Shown here piece after piece: positions 10,342 to 20,395 of a DNA stretch of 64,000 nt. The first letter of the stretch is position 1; each line of letters begins with the position of its first letter. A model generated the notes under the pieces. That model saw nothing but the letters and a program-made list of their open reading frames with translations. It searched no databases and was not told the DNA's origin. Position numbers and translations under genes: made by a program. The DNA comes from an uncultured delta proteobacterium (lineage in GTDB: Bacteria; Myxococcota_A; Polyangia; Fen-1088), in contig CAVYGB010000002.1 of the NCBI GenBank assembly GCA_963767925.1, positions 1,024,001 to 1,088,000 on the forward strand, given 5' to 3'.

Positions 10342-11736
10342 TCAAGGCGACTTCTCGGCGCCAGCGGCGACGGGCGGGTCGGCGAGGATACGGCCGCGGT
10401 GGACGACGTGGCGGAGGCGTCGGGTGTTGGATATGCGCTCGAGGGGCGAGGCATCGAGCACGAGCAGGTTGGCGGGGGAGCCCGGCTGCAGCCCCCAGGG
10501 GACGCGCAGGAAGCGGGCGGCCAGGGTGGTGGCGGCCCGCAGCGTGTCCCAGGCGGGCAGGCCGGCCTCCGCCAGCAGCTCGAGCTCGCGGTGCAGGGAG
10601 AAGCCCTGGAAGGTGCCGAGGTTGCCGGTGTCCGAGCCGGCCAGGATCGGCACCCCGGCCGCGTGCAGCCTCCGGACGGAGACGTAGTCGTTGGCCACGC
10701 AGCCCTCCCCCTGCCACTTCAGCCAGAAACGCGCCTTGTCGGTGAACCCGGCCCGGTTGCGGTAGGCCGCGCGCAGGGCGGGCCCGGTCAGGCGGGCAAG
10801 CAGCGGGTCGTCCAGGAGCGCGGGCCTGTCCGCCAGGCGCGCGAGATCGCACTGCACCGCCATGGTCGGGATGGTCTGCGCCTTGCGTTCCACCAGCAGG
10901 CGCACCAGGGCCGCGGGGATGACCACCTCGTCCTCGAAGTGGGTGATGGCGCTGGCGCCGCCGCGCACCGCCACCTTCGCCTCGTCCCAGTCGCTGATGT
11001 GCACCACCGTGGGCACCCCCAGGTGGGCCGCCTCGCCCAGCACCGCCGCCAGTCCGGCCGATCCGGCGAAGGCCTTGACGACATCGGCCCCCGCCTCGCG
11101 CAGCTCCCGCACCCGCGCGCGCGCGCGCAGCCCCGCCTCGTCCCCCGCGCTCCGCCAGCCGCCCGCCACCGCGCCCACGAACAGCGCCGCGTGCTCGGGC
11201 GAGCCGCGCAGGCGATCGCGCAGCGCCAGCCGCTCGCGGGTGTTCCCCACCAGGTCGAGCATCCCCATCACCCCCGCGCGCAGCACCAGCCGCAGCACCG
11301 CCTCGGTCCCCGGCTCCTCGTCGGGACTGTCGTCGGGCGCCGGGTTGCCCCAGCCGTGCACGTGCAGATCGATCAACCCCGGCATCACGAACCGCCCCCC
11401 GACATCGATCCGCCGCCCCGGACATCGCCCCCCCGCGCCCGCCGCCACCGCCCGCACCACCCCGCCCGCGATCACCACATCGGCCCGCACCGCCGTCCGC
11501 CGGTCCGGATCCAGCACCGTCCCCCCCACCAGACACAACCCCTCCCCCCCAGCACCTCCCCGAGCCGGCGCCTCTCTCCCCGCCCCCGCCTGCGCCCCCG
11601 CCGCTACCGCTGCTCGTCCCACCTCCGCCCGCGCTCCTACCCCCTCCGCCCTGCCCACGGATTGCTCCCCCGCAGCCTCCCCGCCCGCTACGGCCAGCAC
11701 CAGCAATCCGGCCCCGAGCGCCTGAAGCGAGCCCAT
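10342..11736 (-). CDS. Amidohydrolase family protein, secreted
   Basis: MPGLIDLHVH, ILAGSD and ANLLVLD motifs. Start is approximate. Confidence 0.85.
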   Translation of the reverse strand: MGSLQALGAGLLVLAVAGGEAAGEQSVGRAEGVGARAEVGRAAVAAGAQAGAGREAPARGGAGGEGLCLVGGTVLDPDRRTAVRADVVIAGGVVRAVAAGAGGRCPGRRIDVGGRFVMPGLIDLHVHGWGNPAPDDSPDEEPGTEAVLRLVLRAGVMGMLDLVGNTRERLALRDRLRGSPEHAALFVGAVAGGWRSAGDEAGLRARARVRELREAGADVVKAFAGSAGLAAVLGEAAHLGVPTVVHISDWDEAKVAVRGGASAITHFEDEVVIPAALVRLLVERKAQTIPTMAVQCDLARLADRPALLDDPLLARLTGPALRAAYRNRAGFTDKARFWLKWQGEGCVANDYVSVRRLHAAGVPILAGSDTGNLGTFQGFSLHRELELLAEAGLPAWDTLRAATTLAARFLRVPWGLQPGSPANLLVLDASPLERISNTRRLRHVVHRGRILADPPVAAGAEKSP

Positions 11737-11853
11737 CACCCGCGATGTTAGCCGCAACCGGCCATGCCGTTCAGCCGGCGGGGCGACATCACCCTCCCGC
11801 GCTCCTCCGCGGGCCGGGCAAGGACCCCCGAGCCGCCCCCAACGTCCACCCAC

Positions 11854-11976
11854 ATCGTGCACGCCACCCGTGGACGAGCTCCGTCAGACGTGCACGTCCC
11901 ACGTGCTGGTGCACGAGCACGCGACTCGTGCACGGGATCCGTCAAACGTGCACGTCCCACATGCTCGTGCACGTCT
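11854..11976. repeat. CGTGCACG palindrome-rich patch
   Basis: Six GTGCAC cores in about 120 bp, including a duplicated CCGTCA(G/A)ACGTGCACGTCCCAC; related inverted patch at 38431-38525. Confidence 0.65.
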
Positions 11977-12261
11977 GCTGGCACCAGACGCGCCTTCAAC
12001 TCCCAACCGCCTCTCCCCGCCACCCCCTCGGACGGGCCTACCCCCCCCCGGAGACCCCTGATCGCCCGCGTGCGCGAAAACGGTTTACCGTCCAGCGCGT
12101 CGGGCGGGGAGAGACCTATCTTGTTTCCTGGCCCTGCCGCCCCGCTGCTTTGGGCCGATTTCGCCGACCCCGGCAGCGAGGCACTACGGAACTGCCCGTA
12201 ACCGTGGGGCAACGGAGCGATCGCGCAAATTACTTCGGGTTTGGAATGTTCTCCGCGTTAC

Positions 12262-12292
12262 ACCACACAGTATTTAAACAAACTGTAGTGGT
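12262..12292. promoter_or_regulatory. AT-rich inverted repeat, putative operator in a divergent promoter
   Basis: ACCACACAGT-ATTTAAACAA-ACTGTAGTGGT in an otherwise GC-rich context. Confidence 0.45.
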
Positions 12293-12355
12293 ATTCGATC
12301 TGGTAGTTTTGCCGGGAGCGAACGAGTCATGTGGAGTCCCCCTTCCCTCGGAGAC

Positions 12356-12835
12356 GTGATCGCGGAGCGGGTCTGCGACCTGCGCCGCGGCGACCGGGTT
12401 GTCGGCCGGGTGACCGTCAGCCTGGGCCGGCCCGTGCGCGCACCGGACGCCGGGGTGGACGACCCCTGGTGGTGCCCGGTCCGCATCGTCGGCACCGGCA
12501 TCGATCTCGAGAAGCCCGTCCCCGGTGAAGACTCCCTGCAGGCGCTCCTGCTCGCCCTCGAGTTCGCCGCCGACATCTTGCCCCAGGAGGCGGAGAACCT
12601 CGGCGCACGGCTGGCCTGGCTCGAGGAGTCCGAGCGGGCGATCCTCGAACGGCAGGGTCGCTCCGGCTCTCCGGACAACGCCTTCACCTCCCTGCTCGAT
12701 CGCCTCGCGCGCAAACCCGCCAACACCCTCGACTTCGAGACGCCCGTCCCCCAGCCGTCCACCGAGCGCCCGACTCGCCCGCTTCACGCCGTCGGCGGCC
12801 CCCGCCCGACCGCGGGCCCCGGCCGCAAGCGCTGA
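12356..12835 (+). CDS. DUF6968-like hypothetical protein
   Basis: IAER...VTVSLGRP...WWCPVRI...GEDSLQALLLAL pattern; GTG start after GGAG. Confidence 0.65.
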   Translation: MIAERVCDLRRGDRVVGRVTVSLGRPVRAPDAGVDDPWWCPVRIVGTGIDLEKPVPGEDSLQALLLALEFAADILPQEAENLGARLAWLEESERAILERQGRSGSPDNAFTSLLDRLARKPANTLDFETPVPQPSTERPTRPLHAVGGPRPTAGPGRKR

Positions 12836-13030
12836 GCGCGGACCAGCGCCCTCGCGCGCGATCGCGCGCACACGAGCCGCCGCCCGATCGCTTGGATGCG
12901 CCTTCGCGCCCAGGACGGCCATCTCATCGAGCGAAATAGATCCGGAAAGACGGTGCACGCGCCGCCGCCGGCGCCTTACCCTTTCGGTACACGGCCCTCG
13001 CGAACCCAGTGCAACCACCAGGGGGTGACG

Positions 13031-14656
13031 ATGACGACCGAGAGGCAACGGCGACTGCGTGTGTGGAGCGTCCTGGCGGCGCTGTGTAGCTGGCCCGCCG
13101 CCGCCTGCGACGGCGACGCCGGCAGCGCGCTCTCCCCCGCCGAGGTGGAGCTCAGCCAGCACGCGATCGGCAACTACGATTACAGCGACCACGTCGCCTG
13201 GTCGCAGAGCCCGCCCGGCGGCCTCTCCCCCTCGCAGGTGCCGATGTTCGTGCAGATCGGCTTCGACGACAACCAGCGCTCGGGCAGCAACACCAACCCG
13301 CCGGGCGGGATGACCTGGGCCACCAACTTCTTCAAGAACCTGAAGAACCCGCCCGGCACCGGCAAGGCCGCCACCTTCGACAACACCCCCGTGCGGGTCA
13401 GCTTCTACAGCAACACCACCTACATCTCCGACGGGTACGTCGAGGATCCGGTGCTGGTCAAGAAGGCCTGGCGGACCGCCCTCACCGACGGCCACGAGAT
13501 CGGCAACCACACCCACCGCCACCCCGACGGCAGCGGCTTCTCGGTCAGCCAGTGGCGCAACGAGATGAACGAGAACAACGACTGGCTCACCCGGTCCTTC
13601 GTGGCCAACGAGCCGGCCTTCACCGTCGGCTCCGGCATCGGCGCCTCCCTCGGCGCCATCGAGGGGTTCCGCACGCCTTTCCTCGCCTACAACGCCAACA
13701 TGCTCGCCGCCGCCAGGAACGTCGGCTTCACCTATGACGTCAGCATCGAGGAAGGCTGGCAGCTCAACGACGAGGGGACCAACTTCAACTGGCCCTACAC
13801 CCTCGACAGCGGCAGCCCGGGCAGCACCGCCATCGGCAAGCCGGTGGGCAACCACAGCGGCCTGTGGGAGCTCGGCGCCGCCCCCTTCGTGCTGCCGCCC
13901 GCCCTGCGCGACGAGCTGGGGCTCAGCAAGATCACCGGCCTCGACTACAACATGTTCGTGAGCGCCAGCCTGACCAAGGCCCAGGCCCTCGCCATCCTGA
14001 AGTTCACCCTCGACCGCCGGCTGACCAGCAACCGCGCCCCCCTGCTGATCGGGGCCCACACCGCGATCTACACCAGCGACCTCAGCGTCCCCAACACGAC
14101 CCCCCAGCAGCGCCGCGAGGTGATCCAGGAGTTCGTGACCTACGCCCTCAGCAAGCCCCAGGTCCGCATCGTCACCGCCAAGAACATCATCTCCTGGATG
14201 CGCAACCCCGCGACCCTCAGTGGCGGTGGCGGCGGCGGTGGTGGTGGTGGGGGAGGCGGCGGCTGCACCGCCGAGTCCAACTCCGCCTTCTGCGACCGCC
14301 TCGGCAAGAACTGCGGCAGCGTCAGCGGCCCCGACAACTGCGGCAACCCGCGCACCAGTTCCTGCGGCACCTGCAGCGCCCCCCAGACCTGCGGCGGCGG
14401 CGGCACCCCCAACGTCTGCGGCACCTCCCCCAGCAACAGCTGCGACGCCCCCGCCTTCTCCCCGTCCGAGACCTACCAGGCCGGCGACATCGTCGCCGCC
14501 GACTGCCAGGTCTCCATCCCCGGCACCGCCTGCTACGACGAGGTCGGCACCTCCTTCACCTGGCGCTGCGAAGCCCCCACCTGGTGCAACCTCCGCCCCG
14601 GCAGCGACCAATCCGGCTGGTGGTCCGCCTGGACCCCCCTCGCCCAATGTGACTGA
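13031..14656 (+). CDS. Secreted polysaccharide deacetylase (CE4-like) with Cys-rich repeat and C-terminal carbohydrate-binding-like domain
   Basis: IGFDD, GHEIGNHTHRH, GFRTPFL, YDVS and GAH motifs; poly-Gly linker; Cys-rich and Trp-rich C-terminus. Confidence 0.85.
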   Translation: MTTERQRRLRVWSVLAALCSWPAAACDGDAGSALSPAEVELSQHAIGNYDYSDHVAWSQSPPGGLSPSQVPMFVQIGFDDNQRSGSNTNPPGGMTWATNFFKNLKNPPGTGKAATFDNTPVRVSFYSNTTYISDGYVEDPVLVKKAWRTALTDGHEIGNHTHRHPDGSGFSVSQWRNEMNENNDWLTRSFVANEPAFTVGSGIGASLGAIEGFRTPFLAYNANMLAAARNVGFTYDVSIEEGWQLNDEGTNFNWPYTLDSGSPGSTAIGKPVGNHSGLWELGAAPFVLPPALRDELGLSKITGLDYNMFVSASLTKAQALAILKFTLDRRLTSNRAPLLIGAHTAIYTSDLSVPNTTPQQRREVIQEFVTYALSKPQVRIVTAKNIISWMRNPATLSGGGGGGGGGGGGGGCTAESNSAFCDRLGKNCGSVSGPDNCGNPRTSSCGTCSAPQTCGGGGTPNVCGTSPSNSCDAPAFSPSETYQAGDIVAADCQVSIPGTACYDEVGTSFTWRCEAPTWCNLRPGSDQSGWWSAWTPLAQCD

Positions 14657-14709
14657 CCCCCGTCGCGCCTAACATTTGCCCATTTCAAGTTCTGCTCTAG
14701 TCGCCGGCT

Positions 14710-15090
14710 TCAGCGGCGATGCGAGAGGGAGCGACGACCGCCGCTCCCGTCCGGCGCCATCACCTGGCCAGGCAACGAAGTGACCACCCGGGCGCACTCC
14801 CGAAACCCTTCTGCCTGGCACTTCACTCCCGCAACATCCTGCGTGAACCCGTCCGGGAGGCAACCCGGGAACGAGAAGCACCTCCCCGACCCATCGAAAC
14901 CGACTTTGATGTTCGGAGGGCACGAGCGACCCGCTGCCACGCAGCCCACCTGCACGGGTTCGCCGAAGCACCTCCCGGCGACGTCGTACGGACGAGCAAG
15001 AACCGGCTGCTCACATTCCCCGCAAGAGACGGCGAAGCAGAGCACGAGCCAAGCCACCATCGCCATCTTCGAAATCATCGCGTCCTCCAT
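14710..15090 (-). CDS. Hypothetical Cys-rich lipoprotein
   Basis: Signal peptide with lipobox-like AVSC and many Cys; atypical codon usage. Confidence 0.5.
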   Translation of the reverse strand: MEDAMISKMAMVAWLVLCFAVSCGECEQPVLARPYDVAGRCFGEPVQVGCVAAGRSCPPNIKVGFDGSGRCFSFPGCLPDGFTQDVAGVKCQAEGFRECARVVTSLPGQVMAPDGSGGRRSLSHRR

Positions 15091-15166
15091 CCTCGTCGTC
15101 TGACGATACTGGCCTTCAGCGGGCGGCCCGTCCGCGCAGACGGCGAGGACAATGGCGTCGACCCGG

Positions 15167-15606
15167 TCAAGGGAGCGCGAGGAACTTGCTTGCGAGCGTG
15201 AGGAAGGGCTCCGGAAGACCGGTCGGATCGTCGTAGCCTCGCCCTCTCGAAACGCATGCTGTCCACGCCGTCACAGCGGTCGTTGTCGACCGCGAGAAGC
15301 CGTCGAGCAGGCCGCCACAGGAAACGGCGTCGGCCCCACCCGACATCGGGAGGGCATCAAACGCTTCCCTCAGCGCCTGTAACTTCGCGGGATCCGCTCG
15401 ACCGCTCGCGTGAAGCTCTGGTCGACCGTCTTCGCATCCGCCGTCCTCGCGCCACAGCGTACCGTCGGCGTCCACAGCGGATATGCGGCCACAGAGTCCC
15501 CGCGTCTGCGCCCACATCATCACGGGCACCTCGAGGTCCTCCACGTGCACGGAGACGAGCAGCTGTAAAGCAGAACGGCGACCAGCAACCGGAATCGTCG
15601 GACCAT
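15167..15606 (-). CDS. Hypothetical lipoprotein, apparent frameshift near 15550
   Basis: MVRRFRLLVAVLLYSCSSP from ATG 15606 continues in a different frame as VHVEDLEVPV... (ORF 15167-15550). Confidence 0.45.
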
Positions 15607-15627
15607 GATCGAGGTACTTCGCTGCTC

Positions 15628-15671
15628 GTTCGCCCTCGCCCCGCAGCAGCAGGAAGAGGGAGGGGTGAGGT
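15628..15671. repeat. REP-like extragenic palindrome (degenerate)
   Basis: GTTCGCCCTCGCCCCGC...GAGGGAGGGGTGAGG, similar to the copy at 6401. Confidence 0.6.
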
Positions 15672-15715
15672 GAATCTGGGTGAGCCGGCGGAGGCCCCTG
15701 GCTCCCCGCTCCTCT

Positions 15716-16342
15716 TCAGTCCTTCTTCGGGGACGGTTCGCCGTCGGGGTCGCGGTCGCCGAAGCGGGAGCGGCGTTGTTCGTCCATGGCTTCGCGGATG
15801 CGGCGGCGAAAGTCGTCTTCGAGGCGGGGGAGCAGGAGGAGCAGCTTGGCTTGCTGCAGGGGCTTGAGCGACGGGCGGAGGGCTTTGAAGCGCTCGTCGT
15901 CGAGGGTCTTGCGCCGGGTCTGGTTGGTCAGGAGCTGATCGATCAGCACCTGCAGGCGGCGGTTGTCGGGCTGGCCGGCGCGGGTCTGGTCCTTGACCTC
16001 GCGGGCGATGCCGAACCGCTGGCGGGCCAGCTCGCGCGCCTTCTCGTCGTATTCGGCCAGCAGGGGGAAGACCTTGGCGGCGGTGGCCTGGTCGAGGGCC
16101 AGCTCCTCGGTCAGCTTCCACATGCGCATCGCCCGCATCTGGTCGAGGACCTCGTTGTGCAGCCGCTCGCGGTCCTCGCGGCGGGCGGCCCGGCGGGCGG
16201 CCCGTTCGCTCTCGCTGACGGCCGGGCCCTGGGCCGCGCCCATCAGCGGCAGCGCCAGCAGCGCCAGCCCGAGGGCCAGCCCCACCCGCGCCGGCGGCAG
16301 CCAACGCAGCCACCTTGTCCGGATCGAAGTCGCGTTTGCCAT
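15716..16342 (-). CDS. Periplasmic Spy/CpxP-like helical protein
   Basis: Signal peptide, WKLTEELAL and LKPLQQAKLLL; third gene of an ECF operon. Confidence 0.7.
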   Translation of the reverse strand: MANATSIRTRWLRWLPPARVGLALGLALLALPLMGAAQGPAVSESERAARRAARREDRERLHNEVLDQMRAMRMWKLTEELALDQATAAKVFPLLAEYDEKARELARQRFGIAREVKDQTRAGQPDNRRLQVLIDQLLTNQTRRKTLDDERFKALRPSLKPLQQAKLLLLLPRLEDDFRRRIREAMDEQRRSRFGDRDPDGEPSPKKD

Positions 16343-16350
16343 CGCGGTCG

Positions 16351-17064
16351 TCAGCGCAGCCTTTCCTGCAGGGCCAGCAGGCCCGTCTCGTCGAGCATCT
16401 CCAGATCTTCGGCCATCGTCGTCGGATCCGACGAGGTGGCGGGCGCCGACTCGTCGAGGTCGCTGGCTGACAGCGCCGAATCGGCCTCCGGGTCGAGCGC
16501 CCGGTGCAGCCCGTCGCGCAGGCTGGTCAGCCCCTCCAGGTCGAGCTCGGCGATGGCGTCGTCGGGCGCGGCCACGATCTCCGAGCCCAGCGTGCTGCCG
16601 ATCTCGGCCCCGATGTCGAAGGCGCCGGCGGCGGTCGTTCGACCGGGCCGGGGGTCGTCGGACATCCGCAGCCCGGGGCCCATCACCAGCACCGCCAGCC
16701 CCACCGCGCCGACCGCCCCGGCCAGCGCCGCCGGCACCGGCCGCCGCAGCCAGCCCAGCACCCGTTCCCACGAGGTGGGCCGGTCGGCCCAGCGCCTGGT
16801 CCGATCGTCGCGGACGCGGGCGCTCACCCAGGCCGCGGACACCTGCCCGGGAAACTTCTCCCAGAAGAAGGCCCCGGGATCCGGCACCCCGGCCCCCTCC
16901 TGAGCCTCGCTCTCGCGCAACAGGGCGGACAGCCGGGGAACCTCGCGCATGTCGGCGGCCGTGCGAAAGCAGCGCAGACAGGACCCGACGTGGGCCCCCA
17001 GCTCGGCGTCGTCGGCCGGCCGATCGCCCGCGATGAGCCGGGACTCGAACTGCTCGCAACTCAT
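16351..17064 (-). CDS. Zinc-finger (zf-HC2) membrane anti-sigma factor
   Basis: HVGSCLRC motif and one TM helix; overlaps the stop of the sigma gene. Confidence 0.8.
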   Translation of the reverse strand: MSCEQFESRLIAGDRPADDAELGAHVGSCLRCFRTAADMREVPRLSALLRESEAQEGAGVPDPGAFFWEKFPGQVSAAWVSARVRDDRTRRWADRPTSWERVLGWLRRPVPAALAGAVGAVGLAVLVMGPGLRMSDDPRPGRTTAAGAFDIGAEIGSTLGSEIVAAPDDAIAELDLEGLTSLRDGLHRALDPEADSALSASDLDESAPATSSDPTTMAEDLEMLDETGLLALQERLR

Positions 17065-17630
17065 CGCACCCCTACCTTACCGGAACCGAGCCCGCCGAGG
17101 AGCTGGCGCAGGCGCCGCACGGCGTAGTGGAAGTTCACCTTGGCCGCGCCTTCGGTCGTCTCGAGCGCGGCGGCGATGTCCTTGAAGGGCAGCTCCTCGT
17201 AAACACGCAGCTCCAGCGTCATGCGTTGCTTGGTCGGCAGCTCCGCGACCGCCTTGCGCAGGGCCTGCGCGGTCTCGGCCTTCTCGAGCTGGGCGTCCGC
17301 GTCCGCCACCGAGACCGGCTCGTCGCGCGTGGCCACCCCGTCGTCGACGAAGCGGGCGTGGTCCCGCAGGTGGTTGAGCGACAGGTTGGCTCCGATGCGG
17401 AACAGCCAGCTCCGGAAGGTGTGCTCCTCCCGCAGGTCGTCGAGCTTCTCCATCACCCGGATGAAGCTGCGCTGGGCGAGGTCGGCCGCCACGTCGTGGT
17501 CCCGCACGTAGCGGAAGCAGAGCAGGTAGAGCGCCTTCTGGTAACGGCGCACGAGCGTCTCGAACGCGGTCCGGGACCCTCCCCGCGCCTGCCGCACGAG
17601 CTCGTCGTCGCCCAGCTCCGCTTGCGTCAT
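17061..17630 (-). CDS. ECF RNA polymerase sigma factor
   Basis: AFETLVRRY, DLAQRSF, FRSWLFRI and region 4 LPFKDIAAAL. Start uncertain (17630-17726). Confidence 0.92.
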   Translation of the reverse strand: MTQAELGDDELVRQARGGSRTAFETLVRRYQKALYLLCFRYVRDHDVAADLAQRSFIRVMEKLDDLREEHTFRSWLFRIGANLSLNHLRDHARFVDDGVATRDEPVSVADADAQLEKAETAQALRKAVAELPTKQRMTLELRVYEELPFKDIAAALETTEGAAKVNFHYAVRRLRQLLGGLGSGKVGVR

Positions 17631-17843
17631 CGCTCGGAGGGGCAATTCTGTCACGGCCGCGCCGGAGGCCAGACGAACCATCTTCAAATAGAGACCCCCC
17701 ACCCCGGCCAACGTTAGCCTCGTCACCCGCCGTCGCCGCGAGGCGGCACGTCAGGACGAGGCCCGAACGGGCCTACCGAGCGGCGCCGTCCCCAATCTCG
17801 CCGCCACCGGCCCGAGGCGGCGCGGCCGGCCGCGCCGGCCCGG

Positions 17844-18581
17844 TCAGCGCTTGAAGACGCGCAGCAGGCGGGTCAGCGGATCGTACAGGCGGTCCACCAC
17901 CCGCTCCTTGAGCGGGATGATGGCGTTGTCGGTGATGGTGATCTCCTCGGGGCAGACCTTGGTGCAGCACTTGGTGATGTTGCAGTACCCGATCCCGTGC
18001 TTCTCCTTGAGATCGACGACGCGGTCGGCGGTGTCGAGCGGCTGCATCTCGAGGGCGGCGGTGTAGGTGAAGTAGCGGGGCCCGATGAACTCGCCGTGTT
18101 TCTCGTGGTCGCGCAGGACGTGGCAGACGTCCTGGCAGATGAAACACTCGATGCACTTGCGGAACTCCTGCACCCGCTCGATGTCCTCCTGCTGCATGCG
18201 CCAGGTGCCGTCGGCGGCGTCGGGCGGGCGGGGCTTGAACTTCTTGATGGTCTTCTTGACCTCGTAGTTCCAGGAGACGTCGGTCACCAGGTCCCGGATG
18301 AGGGGGAAGGCCTTCATCGGCTCGATCGTCACCGGCTCGTCGAGCGGCAGCTCGCCCAGGCGGGTCATGCACATCAGCTTGGGCATCCCGTTGATCTCGG
18401 CCGAGCAGGAGCCGCACTTGCCAGCCTTGCAGTTCCAGCGGCAGGCCAGATCGTTGGCCGCCTCGGCCTGGATCTTGTGAACGGCGTCGAGCACCACCAT
18501 GCCCTCGCTGATCTCGGTGGGGTAGTCCTCGAACTTCCCGCCCTTGCGATCGCCCCGCCAGATGCGGAAGGTGGCCTTCAT
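17844..18581 (-). CDS. sdhB: Succinate dehydrogenase/fumarate reductase iron-sulfur subunit (Sdh1-like)
   Basis: CKAGKCGSC, CIECFICQDVC and CNITKCCTKVCP. Confidence 0.93.
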   Translation of the reverse strand: MKATFRIWRGDRKGGKFEDYPTEISEGMVVLDAVHKIQAEAANDLACRWNCKAGKCGSCSAEINGMPKLMCMTRLGELPLDEPVTIEPMKAFPLIRDLVTDVSWNYEVKKTIKKFKPRPPDAADGTWRMQQEDIERVQEFRKCIECFICQDVCHVLRDHEKHGEFIGPRYFTYTAALEMQPLDTADRVVDLKEKHGIGYCNITKCCTKVCPEEITITDNAIIPLKERVVDRLYDPLTRLLRVFKR

Positions 18582-20395
18582 TTCGACTGCTCCTCGATGA
18601 TCTGTTTCAGGTGGTCGGGCATGGGCACCAGGGGGTCGCGCCGGAGCTGCATCGTCCCGTCGGGCGCCTTCCAGACCACGCTGTTGTATTTGCCCTTGGC
18701 GTCGTCCTTGGCCGGGAAGTCGTCGCGGAAGTGGCCGCCCCGGCTCTCCCGGCGCTCGATGGCCGCCCGGGCGATGGCCTCGGACACGGTGAGCAGGCTG
18801 TGCAGGTCGAGGGCCGTCGACCAGCCCGGGTTGTACTCCCGGTTGCCGACCACCCCCACCTTGACCGCCCGGGCCTGCAGCTTCTGCACGACCTTCACCG
18901 CCTCCAGCAGCTCGGCCTCGAGCCGCACGATGCCCACCAGGGCCTGCATCGACTCTTGCAGCTCGAACTGGATCTGGAAGGGGCCGCTGGCGTCGGCCGG
19001 CCGATCGAAGGGGCCCAGCGACCACTTGACCGCCGCGTCCACCTGCCTGGCGTCGAGGGCGGGGGGCTTCTCCTTCTTGGCGTACTGGGCGGCGTATTCA
19101 CCCGCCCGCTTGCCGAACACGATCAGGTCGGACAGGGAGTTGCCGCCCAGCCGGTTGGCGCCGTTGATGCCCGAGGCGCACTCGCCCGCCGCGAACAGGC
19201 CGGGCACCTTCGACATCTGGGTGTCGGCGTCGACCCGCACGCCCCCCATGACGTAGTGGGTGGTGGGGCCCACCTCCATCGGGGTGGTGGTGATGTCGAG
19301 GTCCGCCAGCTTCTTGAACTGGTGGTACATCGAGGGAAGCTTCTTCCTGATGTGCTCGGTGGCGCTCGGCAGCTTCTCCTTGATCCAGGCGATGTCGAGG
19401 AAGACGCCGCCGTGGGGGCTGCCCCGCCCCGCCTTGACCTCCCGGTTGATACAACGGGCGACGTGGTCCCGGGTCAGCAGCTCGGGCGGGCGGCGCGCGT
19501 TCTTGTCCCCCTGGGTGTAGCGCCAGCCCTCGTCGGGGCTGTCTGCCGTCTGGTTCTTGTAGTTGTCGGGGATGTCGTCGAACATGAAGCGCTTGCGCTC
19601 GTTGTTGAGCAGCACGCCCCCCTCGCCCCGCACCCCCTCGGTCACGAGGATGCCCTTCACCGACGGCGGCCAGACCATGCCGGTGGGGTGAAACTGGATG
19701 AACTCCATGTCCTGCAGCTCGGCCCCGGCGTCGTAGGCCAGGGTGTGGCCGTCGCCGGTGCACTCCCAGCTATTGGAGGTGACCTGGAAGGCCCGGCCCA
19801 GGCCGCCGTTGGCCAGCACCACCGCGGTGGCGTGGAACGCGACGAACTGCCCCCGGTCGCGGGTGTAGCCGACCGCGCCGGCGATGCGATCGCCGTCCTT
19901 GATCAGCCGCACGATGGTGACCTCCATGTGCACCTGCATGCCCTGGTGGATGCCGTGGTCCTGCAGGGTGCGGATCAGCTCGAGGCCGGTGCGATCGCCG
20001 ACGTGGGCCAGCCGCGGGTAGCGGTGGCCCCCGAAGTTCCGCTGCAAGATGCGCCCGTCCTTGGTCCGGTCGAAGGCGGCGCCCCAGGCCTCCAGCTCCT
20101 TGACCCGGTCGGGGGCCTCCTGGGCGTGGATCTCGGCCATGCGCCAGTTGTTGATGTACTGGCCGCCCCGCATGGTGTCGGCGAAGTGCACCTTCCAGCT
20201 ATCCCGCTCGTCGACGTTGGCCATCGCCGCCGCCATCCCGCCCTCGGCCATCACGGTGTGGGCCTTGCCCAGCAGCGACTTGCACACCAGCCCCACCTTG
20301 CAGCCAGCCGCGGAGGCCTCGATGGCCGCGCGCAAGCCGGCCCCGCCGGCGCCGATGACCAGCACGTCGTACTGGTGGGTCTCGAGCTCGGCCAT
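18578..20395 (-). CDS. sdhA: Succinate dehydrogenase/fumarate reductase flavoprotein subunit
   Basis: GAGGAG, AHTVMAEGG, QFHPTG, TEGVRGEG, HYVMGG and GANRLGGNSL. Confidence 0.95.
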   Translation of the reverse strand: MAELETHQYDVLVIGAGGAGLRAAIEASAAGCKVGLVCKSLLGKAHTVMAEGGMAAAMANVDERDSWKVHFADTMRGGQYINNWRMAEIHAQEAPDRVKELEAWGAAFDRTKDGRILQRNFGGHRYPRLAHVGDRTGLELIRTLQDHGIHQGMQVHMEVTIVRLIKDGDRIAGAVGYTRDRGQFVAFHATAVVLANGGLGRAFQVTSNSWECTGDGHTLAYDAGAELQDMEFIQFHPTGMVWPPSVKGILVTEGVRGEGGVLLNNERKRFMFDDIPDNYKNQTADSPDEGWRYTQGDKNARRPPELLTRDHVARCINREVKAGRGSPHGGVFLDIAWIKEKLPSATEHIRKKLPSMYHQFKKLADLDITTTPMEVGPTTHYVMGGVRVDADTQMSKVPGLFAAGECASGINGANRLGGNSLSDLIVFGKRAGEYAAQYAKKEKPPALDARQVDAAVKWSLGPFDRPADASGPFQIQFELQESMQALVGIVRLEAELLEAVKVVQKLQARAVKVGVVGNREYNPGWSTALDLHSLLTVSEAIARAAIERRESRGGHFRDDFPAKDDAKGKYNSVVWKAPDGTMQLRRDPLVPMPDHLKQIIEEQSK

